Assembly: GCA_964408995.1 (NCBI GenBank)
Contig: CAYPBP010000004.1
Location: forward strand, 16,618 to 80,617
Reading direction: 5' to 3'
Source: an uncultured Gammaproteobacteria bacterium
Lineage (GTDB): Bacteria > Patescibacteriota > Microgenomatia > UBA12405
Length of the DNA stretch: 64,000 nt
How positions within the stretch are numbered: the first letter of the stretch is position 1; the number at the start of each line of letters is the position of its first letter. The translations under genes and the position numbers were made by a program. The notes under the pieces were generated by a model. The model had not been told where the DNA came from and ran no database searches. It saw nothing but the letters and a program-made list of their open reading frames with translations. This document shows positions 37,476 to 47,742 of the stretch, in pieces.

Positions 37476-38866
37476 TGAGAATTAATTCGATTGGAATAGA
37501 TAATTTACCAAAATCTCCAAAATTAAGAGAAATGATAGGGCCAAGTTTTGTTTTACTGGGAATGGGTTTAGGGAGTGGTGAATTAATTATGTGGCCATTT
37601 TTGGCAGCTAATTATGGTTTGGGTATCGTTTGGGCAGCAGTTTTAGGTATTACTTTTCAATTTTTTATTAACATGGAAATTGAAAGATACACTTTAGTAA
37701 CTGGTGAAAGTGTGTTTGTTGGTTTGGCTAGAAAATTTAGAATTTTATCTCCAATTTGGTTTATTTTATCAACAATTATTCCTTGGATGTGGCCAGGAAT
37801 AATTTTATCTTCAGCAACTATTTTTGCAGCTATATTTGGATTTAATAGAGCTAATTTAATAGCAATTATAATGTTAATTTTGGTTGGATTGATATTGAGT
37901 TTAGGGAAAGTGGTTTACAAAACCCAAGAAGTAATTCAAAAAACTTTGATATATTTTGGAGTTCCTTTTATTTTATTAATAGCTATTTATTTTGCCAAGG
38001 GTAGTGATTGGCAAAGTTTAGCTAATGGTTTTATGGGACAAGGAGATGGATTTTGGCTAATCCCCTCTGGTTTGTCTTTAATAACTTTTTTGGGAGCTTT
38101 TGCTTATTCTGGAGCTGGAGGAAATTTGAACCTAGCCCAGTCCTTTTATATTCGAGAAAAAGAATATGGAATGGGAAAATATGGGGGCAAAATAACTAGT
38201 TTATTGAAAAAGAATGATGAAAATTTTAATTTAGAAGGGAAAACTTTTGAGATAAATAAAGAGAATCTTTCTGTTTTTAAAGATTGGTGGAAAAAGATAA
38301 ATACAGAACATCTTTTAGTCTTTTGGCTTACGGGGGCAATTACAATTATTTTTCTTAGTCTTTTAGCTTTTTCAACTGTTTATAAACAAACTGAAGGTTT
38401 GGCTGGAATTAATTTTTTGTTTAAAGAAGCTAGTGTGATTTCTAGTAATACAATCCCCGTGTTAGGATCAACCTTTTTAATATTAGTGGTGATGATGTTG
38501 TTTTCAACTCAATTATCAGTAATGGATGCTACCAGTCGAATTACTTCAGAAAATTTAATCATTATGAATCAAGATAAGTTTAAAATTAAAAATTTATCTA
38601 AATATTATTTCTTGTTTTTGTGGACTCAGATATCTTTGGCAATAATGATTTTATTGTTTGGTTTTAAAGAACCAATGCAATTGGTAATTATTAGTGCCTT
38701 TTTAAATGCAATGACAATGTTGGTTTATTCGATTGCAATCTTGTGGTTAAATCAAAAAACACTGGCCAAGGAATTAAGACCAAAAATTTGGAGAAGATTA
38801 ATTTTGTTGATTATAATTATTTTCTTTGCAATTTTTAGTTGGGTGACATTGTTTAGAAGAGAATAA
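37475..38866 (+). CDS. Nramp/APC-superfamily transporter
   Basis: GPSF...GMGLGSGEL..WP, EIERYT..TGES, about 11 TMs. Confidence 0.85.
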   Translation: MRINSIGIDNLPKSPKLREMIGPSFVLLGMGLGSGELIMWPFLAANYGLGIVWAAVLGITFQFFINMEIERYTLVTGESVFVGLARKFRILSPIWFILSTIIPWMWPGIILSSATIFAAIFGFNRANLIAIIMLILVGLILSLGKVVYKTQEVIQKTLIYFGVPFILLIAIYFAKGSDWQSLANGFMGQGDGFWLIPSGLSLITFLGAFAYSGAGGNLNLAQSFYIREKEYGMGKYGGKITSLLKKNDENFNLEGKTFEINKENLSVFKDWWKKINTEHLLVFWLTGAITIIFLSLLAFSTVYKQTEGLAGINFLFKEASVISSNTIPVLGSTFLILVVMMLFSTQLSVMDATSRITSENLIIMNQDKFKIKNLSKYYFLFLWTQISLAIMILLFGFKEPMQLVIISAFLNAMTMLVYSIAILWLNQKTLAKELRPKIWRRLILLIIIIFFAIFSWVTLFRRE

Positions 38867-38925
38867 AAAAGATAGGAAACACTACTTTTGTTTTGGTTTG
38901 AAGATTTATTTAGATATAATAGAGC

Positions 38926-39435
38926 ATGGTTATCAAAGAAGAAGAAAAATTGTATGACGAGAGATCAGCCGGTGGATTGGTCTATAAAATAGAAAATAAC
39001 AAAGTGTTTTGGCTTTTAATTAAAACTATTTCCAACTTTAAGAGTGATAAAAATAAGAAAAAAGAAACTGATGGAGCGATTTATAAATTCCCCAAAGGTC
39101 ATTTAAAACAAAATGAGTTTTTAAAGGAGGCCGCCCTAAGAGAAGTGGAAGAAGAAGGCCGAGTCAAAGCCAAAGTGGTTCTTAAGTTGGGTTCAAATGA
39201 TTATATTATTTGGGACAGGGAAGAAAGAAAAAAAATCATTAAAAAAGTTACTTTCTTTTTGATGGAATATGCTGGTGAAAGTAATTTGAAATATTATGAT
39301 ACAGAAATGGTTTTGGAAAGAACTTGGTTTAGTTTTGAAGAAGCCAGTAAGGTTTTGGCATATGAAAGTGAAAAACTGCTTTTAAAAAAGGCCAAAGTTC
39401 AATTGGAAAAAATCAAAACCCCTCTGTCTCGATAA
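38926..39435 (+). CDS. NUDIX hydrolase (Ap4A hydrolase-like)
   Basis: SAGG.V, FPKGH....E....AALREVEEEG. Confidence 0.9.
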   Translation: MVIKEEEKLYDERSAGGLVYKIENNKVFWLLIKTISNFKSDKNKKKETDGAIYKFPKGHLKQNEFLKEAALREVEEEGRVKAKVVLKLGSNDYIIWDREERKKIIKKVTFFLMEYAGESNLKYYDTEMVLERTWFSFEEASKVLAYESEKLLLKKAKVQLEKIKTPLSR

Positions 39436-39467
39436 ATCGAGACATCTCCCCTTGAGGAAAGGGAGAC
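39418..39467. repeat. REP-like double-hairpin element overlapping the NUDIX stop
   Basis: ACCCCTC-TGTCTCGAT-AA-ATCGAGACA-TCTCCCCTTGAGGAAAGGGAGAC. Confidence 0.7.
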
Positions 39468-39485
39468 TTATTTATTTTTAATAAA

Positions 39486-39962
39486 ATGACAAAAGAAAAT
39501 ATTATTGAAGGAGTAGAAAAAGTAAAACTACAAAAAAAAGATCATAGCCAACGAGGTTTAGAATTTGGAAGAGATTTAGATAATGAAGAATTTTTAGGTC
39601 TTTTGGATGGAATAGGTGGTGGTTTAGAACAAAGAACAATAGAAGATAGAGCAAGACGTATATTAACCCTAGATGCTTATGAAGCAACAAAAGCTATAGC
39701 CGAAGAAATTATAGAAAAGACAGACGAACTAGAAAAAGGTGAACAACCAGGAATAGAATATTATGAAAAAGGTTTTGACCTTGGAAGAAAGTCGAGTAGT
39801 CGTAATTTATCATCTTTTTTGGAAGGAATGAGCAATGGATTGGAGATTAAAACATTAAATGATAGGATTAATACTGTAAATAATGAAATTGATGAAAAAA
39901 TTGATCTAAGAGTAATGATTAAAGATTGGGCAGAAAGATTAAAAAATACTCACTATCAGTAA
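39486..39962 (+). CDS. Hypothetical protein with internal duplication
   Basis: Two G..(F/L)GR.......L.G...GLE..T..DR units. Confidence 0.7.
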   Translation: MTKENIIEGVEKVKLQKKDHSQRGLEFGRDLDNEEFLGLLDGIGGGLEQRTIEDRARRILTLDAYEATKAIAEEIIEKTDELEKGEQPGIEYYEKGFDLGRKSSSRNLSSFLEGMSNGLEIKTLNDRINTVNNEIDEKIDLRVMIKDWAERLKNTHYQ

Positions 39963-39996
39963 AGTTAGATAATAAGATATAATATCCCTACCTATT

Positions 39997-40080
39997 GGAG
40001 GAGTCGGATAGTGGTTCATTCCACAGACCTGGAAAGTCTGCGCTGTAAAAAGCTCGTGAGTTCGAATCTCACCTCCTCCG
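39997..40080 (+). tRNA. tRNA-Ser(GGA)
   Basis: GGAGGAG/CTCCTCC acceptor, CAGAC-CTGGAAA-GTCTG, long variable arm, GAGTTCGAATCTC. Confidence 0.95.
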
Positions 40081-40308
40081 CCGTATTTGAGTTGTTCCGT
40101 ATAGTTACGTGTAATATAGGCGATGCTACTCCTTCGAACTTTTCTTTTTTGTTCCTGTTAGGTTCAAATTTGGTTCCAGACTCACCACCTAACAGTGATG
40201 ATACTAAATATTTTATACTCATATGTTTGGCAGCCTTTAATAATAGACATATGGAAATAATAAAAAGTATTTGCAAATATATTAAAGACAGTATAGTAGA
40301 ATACTATT

Positions 40309-41331
40309 ATGCGTAGAGATAAATTTTCACAATATTTTTTGTTCTTTTGTTTAATAGCTTTTATAATTTTGGTCTTTTTTATTTTTCGTCCATTTTTAAA
40401 CCCATTAATTATGGCTGCTGTTTTTGCTGTTATGTTTGAACCAATTTATTTAAAATTAACAAAATGGACTAAGGGCCATTCTTCAATTTCAGCCCTTTTA
40501 GTCACTATTATTTCGATAATAGTGGTAATAATACCAATATCTTTTTTGGCAAAGACAATTTTAAAAGAAACAACTGACATATATAAAAATTTAAGTGGTC
40601 GCAACGTCGTAGAAATAATAGAAAAGACAATTGTTAATGCTAAAGTAGTTTTTCCTAACTTAGAAACTATTGAATTAGATCTCAACAAATATATTGGTCA
40701 AGGGTTAGAATCATTAGTTCAAAATATTGGAGGAATATTTTCTAGTTTTGCTGCTATTATTCTAAATTTTTTTGTATTTTTGATGGCACTTTATTTCTTT
40801 TTAAGAGATGGGGAGAAATTTGAAAAATATTTTATAAAACTAAGCCCTCTTAATGATCAAGATGATTTGTCCATAATTTCGCGACTTAAATTAGCGATAC
40901 ATGCAACAATAGGTGGAAATCTTGCTATTGGGGTAATTCAGGGAATACTTACAGGTATAGGATTTGTCATATTTGGAGTACCTAACCCGGTTTTATGGGG
41001 TAGTATAGCAGCTATTGCTGCCCTTTTGCCTGGAGTCGGTACTGCTTTGGTTCTTACACCAGCCATAATATATTTATTTATAATTGGTAATATTTATAGT
41101 GGAATTGGGTTAATTATTTGGGGGATGGCTGCTGTCGGTTTGATAGATAATTTTTTAGGTCCAAGTTTGATTGGTTATGGAATGAAATTGCATCCTTTGA
41201 TTGTTTTTATCTCAGTGCTTGGAGGAGTAATTATTTTCGGTCCTCTTGGTTTTATATTTGGACCATTGACTATTAGTGTTTGCCTAGCTTTAGTGGATAT
41301 ATATTTTTCAATAAGAAAGGTTAAATTATAA
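40309..41331 (+). CDS. AI-2E family transporter
   Basis: FFLRDG, QG.L.G.GF..FGVP, LP.VG, DN.L.P, LHP...F..V.GG...FG..G...GP. Confidence 0.93.
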   Translation: MRRDKFSQYFLFFCLIAFIILVFFIFRPFLNPLIMAAVFAVMFEPIYLKLTKWTKGHSSISALLVTIISIIVVIIPISFLAKTILKETTDIYKNLSGRNVVEIIEKTIVNAKVVFPNLETIELDLNKYIGQGLESLVQNIGGIFSSFAAIILNFFVFLMALYFFLRDGEKFEKYFIKLSPLNDQDDLSIISRLKLAIHATIGGNLAIGVIQGILTGIGFVIFGVPNPVLWGSIAAIAALLPGVGTALVLTPAIIYLFIIGNIYSGIGLIIWGMAAVGLIDNFLGPSLIGYGMKLHPLIVFISVLGGVIIFGPLGFIFGPLTISVCLALVDIYFSIRKVKL

Positions 41332-41396
41332 GGATAGAATAGTTTTGGACTCACATGCTCCGTCAAGTTTTACATTCAGAGAAATGAGACTGATTG

Positions 41397-41876
41397 TCAC
41401 CAAAAAAAGATTAATATTAATATGATAAAAACTGTAATAAAAATAATCAATCTTTTTTTATAAGTTAATGTTTTTTTAGTTTCTTCCCAATGAATTTTTT
41501 TGCTTAACCAAAGGACGATAAAATTAAATATTGGAAAAAATAAAAATAGAACACAACTAAGAAATAAAGAAAGTAAAGGAAATAAAATAAAGTCAAAAAT
41601 TGAATTTGAAGAAAGGAATATCTGAATTAATAATAATATTATCGATACTAATAAAGTAAGAAGCCAGCTTGCTTTTTTACTTTTGTTAGAGATAAATTCA
41701 TTGAGGATAAAAGGAACCCTGATTATAAAAAATAACCCAAATAATAATCCGAAGAAACCAAATTCTGAATTTTCATTCCCAGGTTTTGAACTTATATAGC
41801 TAAAAACTATCATAATAAGAAAAAGCCAAAAAATAAGATCAAAAGAAAGAATATATTTAATTATCTTTTTCAACAT
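41397..41876 (-). CDS. Membrane protein, paralog of the N-terminus of 61694..62917
   Basis: MLKKIIKYI.SF start, VP..LNEF and KTLTY shared. Confidence 0.75.
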   Translation of the reverse strand: MLKKIIKYILSFDLIFWLFLIMIVFSYISSKPGNENSEFGFFGLLFGLFFIIRVPFILNEFISNKSKKASWLLTLLVSIILLLIQIFLSSNSIFDFILFPLLSLFLSCVLFLFFPIFNFIVLWLSKKIHWEETKKTLTYKKRLIIFITVFIILILIFFW

Positions 41877-41911
41877 TAAGCAATAATAGCATTTAATCAG
41901 AGCTATATTAT

Positions 41912-43240
41912 TTATTTAACTTTGAATATTTGCTTGTCTTTAATCACAAATTTTGTCTTAAAAAGGCTTAGGATCTCTTGTTTTTCTTCTGAAAAACCAG
42001 TTTTTAGAACGTGAACGATATAATCTTTCATTCTTTCTTTATCTGACTTCTCTTTTATTATTGGATAGTCCATAATTTCAAATTGTTGGGTAAACATCTC
42101 TTGATGAAGAACATCCTCTCTTAATCGGTGATAATGTTCAATTTCCTCTCTTATTTTCTTATTAATAGCATCTTGATCAAACTCTATTTCGTCAATTTTA
42201 GACAATAGTTGATTAATTAAGTCATCTTCAGTGATATAAGGCTGGGTACAGTCATAATTTACTGATCGGCCGCAATGATAATAGACATATCGGTTAACTT
42301 TTCCATTAGTTAAATTCTTGTATTTCTCTTCAGCAGTTATTCCCCCTCCACATTGGCCACATTTAAATAAACCTTTGAAAGGAAAAACTTGTTTATTCCA
42401 GGATCTTGATGGGGCGATTAATTGTATTTGAGTTTTATCAAAAATTTCTTTAGTTATAATTGGTTTATGTTTTCCTTTGTAGAATTTACCTCCAAATTCA
42501 AATTCACCATAATAAAATGGATTTTTTAAGATTCGATAAATTTCTCCAATAGCTACTCTTTTACCAACTTTGGTTTTAAAACCACTTTTGTCTAGCCAAT
42601 ATTTAATCGTTCGTCCACTTTGGCCTTGATTGGCAGCTCTTTCAAATATTTCTTTAACAATTGGAGCTCTTTTTCTGTCAATTTCAATACAAGAAATTCT
42701 ATTTTCAGTTAATTTGTTAATATAACCAATTGGAGCTGATCCTGGCCTCCATCCTGCCTCACATTTAGCTCTAAGGCCTCTTTTAACGTTAATACCTCGA
42801 TTATCATTTTCTAGTTTGGCTTGAGAGCATAAAATCATTAAAAGAAACTTTTCATTTGGATTATTGGAAAATGATTGAGAAAAAGTTCGGATAATTTGTA
42901 GTTTCCTTTGATCCATTAAATCTACTAATGTTCCAAGATCGCCAGCATTTCTACTTAATCGGTCTGGTGCCCAAGTTAAAATGGCATCAAATTCTCCATT
43001 TCGGATATCAATTAAAAGTTTATTGAAGATTGGTCTTAACCCTGATGATTTAGCTGAATGGCTTTCTTGTCTAACTTCTTTAATAAATAATCCATCCCTG
43101 TTGGCTAAATCTTTCATCTCTTTAATTTGAGAATCGATTGACATAGCCTGTCGCTCGTCAGATTCGGTCGATTTTCGAGCATAAAGACAATAGTTTAACC
43201 GCTCATTTTCTTGGATAGTTCCATTTTTTTCATTTTTCAT
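41912..43240 (-). CDS. Large serine recombinase
   Basis: LYARKST (catalytic Ser), S...Q, SAK...RP.F, DRLSRN, recombinase domain (L.NPFYYG, H.PII), Zn ribbon CGQCG...YYHC. Confidence 0.95.
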   Translation of the reverse strand: MKNEKNGTIQENERLNYCLYARKSTESDERQAMSIDSQIKEMKDLANRDGLFIKEVRQESHSAKSSGLRPIFNKLLIDIRNGEFDAILTWAPDRLSRNAGDLGTLVDLMDQRKLQIIRTFSQSFSNNPNEKFLLMILCSQAKLENDNRGINVKRGLRAKCEAGWRPGSAPIGYINKLTENRISCIEIDRKRAPIVKEIFERAANQGQSGRTIKYWLDKSGFKTKVGKRVAIGEIYRILKNPFYYGEFEFGGKFYKGKHKPIITKEIFDKTQIQLIAPSRSWNKQVFPFKGLFKCGQCGGGITAEEKYKNLTNGKVNRYVYYHCGRSVNYDCTQPYITEDDLINQLLSKIDEIEFDQDAINKKIREEIEHYHRLREDVLHQEMFTQQFEIMDYPIIKEKSDKERMKDYIVHVLKTGFSEEKQEILSLFKTKFVIKDKQIFKVK

Positions 43241-43282
43241 GATGGGACTATACCGCAGTAAAAATACTTATCAACTAGATGA

Positions 43283-44095
43283 TTATTCTTTACCATTTAA
43301 AATGTTTTCATTTGGCATTTTCCCATTATTCAATTTTTTCCAAAAGTCATACAATTTATCTTGTATTTCTTTAGGATTTTCTTCTTCTTTTCCAAAAAAC
43401 ATTGAAACCCATAGAATCGATTGAGACGCGGTGATTAAAGCCATTGAAATATCACCCTCAGCAATGCGTTCAAGTATCTCTTGATCAGATGATCCCTGTG
43501 TCCAAACATCAATAGAAGAAACATGATTTTTTCTATTTCCATGCATATATTCCTTCAATACAATTTGTTTTTGAAAATCTGGCATGTTAGTTTTTTGAGC
43601 AATAAAATCAATCATTCCTTCAATATCTAATCCTGCCCAGTTTTTTCTTCCTTTAGTTTCTTTTGATAATTTTAAATATTTTTCTTCAACTTCATTTCTG
43701 AAATTATCATCGACATGTAATTTGTTAAAATCTAAAAAATCGATATCAGCTTTATCTTCTACAGCAATATAATCTATTAATCTTTTAGAATATTTCGCCT
43801 TACCCTTAAGATTTATATAAACCATAGCAATACTATCTTCAAAGATTCTTCTTGATAAATCTAAAATTGATCCAGAAAAAACAATTAAATTCCCTCTATC
43901 TATTTTTATTTGATCAATCAAAACCAACATTGTTTGCATTGTGAAAAAATCTTTTCTAATAACACCTTCAAGGATCTGACCGAATAATTCTTTACACGTG
44001 TTTTTCTTCGGTATTAAAGGGTATATTATTTCGTATATTTCTTGAAATTTAAGATACAAACTATAGAAATCATTATCTTCAAACTTTTTTTTCAT
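43283..44095 (-). CDS. Hypothetical helical protein, DUF5677/HEPN-like
   Basis: L.R.IFE, W.G..I..M and Y...NRKNH.S pattern. Confidence 0.55.
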   Translation of the reverse strand: MKKKFEDNDFYSLYLKFQEIYEIIYPLIPKKNTCKELFGQILEGVIRKDFFTMQTMLVLIDQIKIDRGNLIVFSGSILDLSRRIFEDSIAMVYINLKGKAKYSKRLIDYIAVEDKADIDFLDFNKLHVDDNFRNEVEEKYLKLSKETKGRKNWAGLDIEGMIDFIAQKTNMPDFQKQIVLKEYMHGNRKNHVSSIDVWTQGSSDQEILERIAEGDISMALITASQSILWVSMFFGKEEENPKEIQDKLYDFWKKLNNGKMPNENILNGKE

Positions 44096-44124
44096 CTCTA
44101 ATTTTATAACAAGAATTAAAAAAA

Positions 44125-44823
44125 TTAAATTTTTGTATCTAAAAGTCGACTAACAATACTTTCTACTTCCTCTTCTGTAATACCAAATTTAGTAGCTGTC
44201 TCTTTGGTTGATTTGGTTTCAGCTTCATAACTATCTGAAACACTTTCATATTTTTTATAAAGACTCATAGAATATTCATAAATTTCTTTTTCTCTGTCTG
44301 TTCCAGACACTTCCTTTTCTTGTGGTCCTAATTCTGGAGTTATTGTAATAGCTTTTCCATTTATTGCCTTTATCGAATCTTTACTTACTTCCCAAGTAAA
44401 AATTTGATCAAGACCTAGTGTTCTAAAAGAATAATCAACATTATATATTCCATCACTATTTAAAGATGCAGACCAACTTCCAGTTTTAGTAGTTGGATCA
44501 GCTTTCATTCCCTTTAATACTAAATTCTCTAAGTAAACAGAAACAGCCATTCCTTTTGTTGATTTATCTATGGTTTTTAAATCATTTTTTATTTCATAAT
44601 TTTTCAACATTGAAATTGCATCACTCTTAGTTAGAGATTCTGCTTTTTTAATTGATTTAGGCGTTGATGCTTGGTTTGCCACTTGTTCTTCTTTATATTG
44701 TTTTCCTTTCTCAAAAGCTTCTTTTGCATCTTTATTGCCAATATTTGAAATAGTTGTTAGTAATAATATAACCAAAAAAGCAGAAACTATTTTATGTCTT
44801 AAAAACCAATTCTTCTTTTTCAT
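44125..44823 (-). CDS. Membrane-anchored exported hypothetical protein
   Basis: KKKNWFLRHK followed by one TM and a soluble domain. Confidence 0.75.
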   Translation of the reverse strand: MKKKNWFLRHKIVSAFLVILLLTTISNIGNKDAKEAFEKGKQYKEEQVANQASTPKSIKKAESLTKSDAISMLKNYEIKNDLKTIDKSTKGMAVSVYLENLVLKGMKADPTTKTGSWSASLNSDGIYNVDYSFRTLGLDQIFTWEVSKDSIKAINGKAITITPELGPQEKEVSGTDREKEIYEYSMSLYKKYESVSDSYEAETKSTKETATKFGITEEEVESIVSRLLDTKI

Positions 44824-44900
44824 ATTTTTTATAAATTGTTAATTCAACATCATACTAACTGTGGCTTAGCACAAAGTCAAGGCTATGTTGTGCCTCTTTG

Positions 44901-44915
44901 CTAAGTCTGACTTAG
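44901..44915. promoter_or_regulatory. Perfect palindrome upstream of XRE gene (candidate operator)
   Basis: CTAAGTC-T-GACTTAG between divergent genes. Confidence 0.55.
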
Positions 44916-44950
44916 TAGAGTATTGGTTTAACTTTTCATAGTCTTTTGGT

Positions 44951-45166
44951 ATGAGAAGTAATGCCAAATTAACCAAAACTATTTGTAAAAGAATTAAAAA
45001 ATATAGAAGTGACAGAGGTTTAACTCAGGAAGATTTAGCCGAAAAAGTTAGAGTTAGTCGAGTTTATATTGGCTATGTCGAGCAAGGCCGAAATACTCCA
45101 TCTTTGGAAGTTTTAGAAAAAATAGCTAAGTCTTTAAAGGTAGATGTTGGTGACCTTCTGAAATAA
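44951..45166 (+). CDS. XRE-family HTH regulator (controller-protein-like)
   Basis: RIKKYR..RGLTQEDLAE....SR.YIG.VE.G...PSL..L.KIA. Confidence 0.92.
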   Translation: MRSNAKLTKTICKRIKKYRSDRGLTQEDLAEKVRVSRVYIGYVEQGRNTPSLEVLEKIAKSLKVDVGDLLK

Positions 45167-45920
45167 ATATTAATTTCGGAAAGTATTTATAAAGATTTTT
45201 AATTATTTCCCCTCTTATTATTATCCTTTGATTTTCATAAATTACATTTGAAAAAATATTGTCTTGAATGTAATCTAAGTGTTCTTCTATTGTTTCTAAT
45301 ATTCTTTTTTCAAAAAATGTTTTTAAATAACTTTCTATAATAAAACCTTTCATAAATGGATCAACTGGAAAAGCTGACTTAAGGTTTATCTTCCTACAAT
45401 GTTTTCTAATTCCAGATAAGTCATGTAAACATTTAAAAAAATATAAATTTTCTTTTCCAAAGACATTGTCAAATAAATAATTATTAATCAATAAATCTAC
45501 TGTTATTGATAAAAAAAGATCCAACTCAAAATAAAGATAAAAACAAATATCTGAATATGTTGCTATTTTACCTAATACAACTGAATAAATTTTCATTTTA
45601 TGAACTTTTAATTTTGGATTTTTATTTATTTCATATCTATAAATCAATATAGAAATCTCATTGACTAATGCTAAAAATGTTAAATAATGAATTTTTGCCT
45701 CTAAATCTTCCAATTGAATCATTTTTATTAATTCAACCCATTGGTTAGTTTCACATCTATCACTTTCTTCTGTTTCACCAATCATTTCTTTTATTTCATC
45801 CATTCTGAAAATAGGAGCAGAATTATCTACTCTATAATAATTAGAAAAGATAAGGGATATCTTTTCTTTTGGCAAAAATTGTGGTTGTTTTATCTTTTTT
45901 TTAATTGTATTTGGTTTCAT
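45126..45920 (-). CDS. Hypothetical protein
   Basis: 264-aa ORF, ATGA-coupled to the upstream gene. Confidence 0.65.
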   Translation of the reverse strand: MKPNTIKKKIKQPQFLPKEKISLIFSNYYRVDNSAPIFRMDEIKEMIGETEESDRCETNQWVELIKMIQLEDLEAKIHYLTFLALVNEISILIYRYEINKNPKLKVHKMKIYSVVLGKIATYSDICFYLYFELDLFLSITVDLLINNYLFDNVFGKENLYFFKCLHDLSGIRKHCRKINLKSAFPVDPFMKGFIIESYLKTFFEKRILETIEEHLDYIQDNIFSNVIYENQRIIIRGEIIKNLYKYFPKLIFISEGHQHLPLKT

Positions 45921-46432
45921 AATTTTTTTTTAAAAGCAGAAAACTTGGATAAAACTTCAATCTTTTTAGCCTCATTTTCATGATCTTTAATCTGACTTGA
46001 ACTATTAATAATTGATCTAAGGATATAAAAGAAAAACCTAGGAATTTTTCCTTTTATTACATTCTTGGATATTAACTGAAGTGCAGTTTCTGGATTTGAA
46101 GAAATAACAGTTTTTATTAGTTCTTGTTTATCTTTTTCAGAAAGATAAACTTTATTATTTGAATAACTAGGGTGATGATTATTAAGCCAATAAATAATTG
46201 CTGTCATATTTTTATCTTTAATAGCAGATATTAACTGTGATTCGGCGATGTCATTAATAAAAAGGTTGCCATATTTAATGGCTTCATCAGTTTTTTGCTT
46301 AAATTCTTTATTATTAGCGCGCCATCTATAATAACTAGCTCGACTGATATTGGTTATTTCACATGTTATCTGAACGATTGGTGTCTTTTTCAATTGTTCA
46401 ATTAATAGTTTTTTATCCTCATCGATTTTCAT
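45917..46432 (-). CDS. HTH protein resembling terminase small subunit (phBC6A51-like)
   Basis: L.KTPIVQ..C....ISRASYYRW.....F, D.AES.L...I......AIIYWL. Confidence 0.7.
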   Translation of the reverse strand: MKIDEDKKLLIEQLKKTPIVQITCEITNISRASYYRWRANNKEFKQKTDEAIKYGNLFINDIAESQLISAIKDKNMTAIIYWLNNHHPSYSNNKVYLSEKDKQELIKTVISSNPETALQLISKNVIKGKIPRFFFYILRSIINSSSQIKDHENEAKKIEVLSKFSAFKKKL

Positions 46433-47742
46433 ATTTCTTTAGTTTTTGAAAATGATTGATAATTATTGACATATACAACATCATTATTAGTTATTTTTTT
46501 ATATCGAGAAATTATGAGATCACAAAATATTGGTTCAACTTCAGCCATCAGACATTTTCGTTTTAATTGTTCACAGCTACACATAGTTGAACCTGAGCCG
46601 GCAAATAAATCTAAAACTGTGTCTCCAACTCTAGTGCATCTTCTTATGGCTTTTTCGTGGAGAGTAGGACTCTTTTCAGTTGGATGAGTATATTCATTTC
46701 CAGGCAATCTTTTTATTAACCAAATATTTAATAAATCAAGAATATTGTCGATTGTTTGATTACCTGAGCCAATTTCTTTATTCATAATTTCGTTTAGATT
46801 CTTGGGATTTTCAGAAATTGGTGCTTTACCAATTGTTCCATAGACACACGCCTCGTAACTTTTATTAAAGGCAGTATTTGGTGTGGGTGAAAATCCGTTT
46901 TTTATCCATAAGCATACCCGTTTATTTTTTATTCCAATTTCCTTATACAAATCTTGAATTAAACCGATATTACACTCATCACTCCAAAAAAATATATGAC
47001 AATCTAATTTAGAAATAACTAATGCATTTTCAATTGTTTTTTTTAAAAAACTTCTATATTCTTTATCTGTTTTATTATCATTAGTCTTTCCTCCATATGT
47101 TCCCTTACCTCCAATCCCCTTATTATAATCAAGTGAAATGTTAAACGGAGGATCACAATAAACCATAGATACCTCTTTATTTGATGTCAGTTGATTAACA
47201 ACTGACAAGTCGGTACTATCACCACAAATCAACAGATGAGGACCAAGTTGAACAATATCGCCTAATTTAGTTCTTGGTTCCTTAATCTTTTCAATCTCTC
47301 TCTGCGTATCAAAATTATCATCTTCTGTGTCTAAATTTTTGTCCCAAATTTTTGATAAATCGCTATTATCAAAACCAATATTCATCAGCATTTCAACGTC
47401 GAAATTTTTTAATAAATCAAAATTCCACGTGCCAGTATTACGATTTAACCTAAGGTTCAACTCTTTTTCTCTTTCAATGTCTGGAATATTTATATAAATA
47501 ACTGGTATTTCCTTATACCCAAGCTGTTTAGCTATTTCTAGACGAAAATTTCCACCAATTACAATTCCTTGGCGATTCTCAGCAGAATTCACCAAAATTG
47601 GATCAACTATTCCAAAACGTTCAATACTCTCCTTGAGATTGTCTGATTGTTCCTTGCTCCAATGTCTTGGATTGTATTCGGGATTTTTTAAATTATTAAT
47701 ACGAACATTCTCTATCTTTATTTTCTCGTTTTTATCAGTCAT
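46429..47742 (-). CDS. ParB-N domain fused to N6A/N4C DNA methyltransferase
   Basis: YNPR, SI..FG.VDPI, IGGN.R; LICGDST, DPPF, HPTEK, VLDLFAGSGST. Confidence 0.92.
   Translation of the reverse strand: MTDKNEKIKIENVRINNLKNPEYNPRHWSKEQSDNLKESIERFGIVDPILVNSAENRQGIVIGGNFRLEIAKQLGYKEIPVIYINIPDIEREKELNLRLNRNTGTWNFDLLKNFDVEMLMNIGFDNSDLSKIWDKNLDTEDDNFDTQREIEKIKEPRTKLGDIVQLGPHLLICGDSTDLSVVNQLTSNKEVSMVYCDPPFNISLDYNKGIGGKGTYGGKTNDNKTDKEYRSFLKKTIENALVISKLDCHIFFWSDECNIGLIQDLYKEIGIKNKRVCLWIKNGFSPTPNTAFNKSYEACVYGTIGKAPISENPKNLNEIMNKEIGSGNQTIDNILDLLNIWLIKRLPGNEYTHPTEKSPTLHEKAIRRCTRVGDTVLDLFAGSGSTMCSCEQLKRKCLMAEVEPIFCDLIISRYKKITNNDVVYVNNYQSFSKTKEI

Noticed and set aside
40056-40082. Direct repeat of the tRNA-Ser 3' end marking the far island boundary
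   Set aside because: No second copy noticed by eye in the window, so integration at this tRNA is unproven
40159-40190. GGTTCAAATTTGGTTCCAGACTCACCACC as a tRNA 3' remnant or att site
   Set aside because: Only vaguely tRNA-like, does not match the adjacent tRNA-Ser, and no partner copy seen
40011-40316. ORFs 40011..40316 and 40016..40276
   Set aside because: They overlap tRNA-Ser(GGA) and show no recognisable protein features
45917-47742. Intact prophage
   Set aside because: No large terminase, portal, capsid, tail or lysis genes in the window
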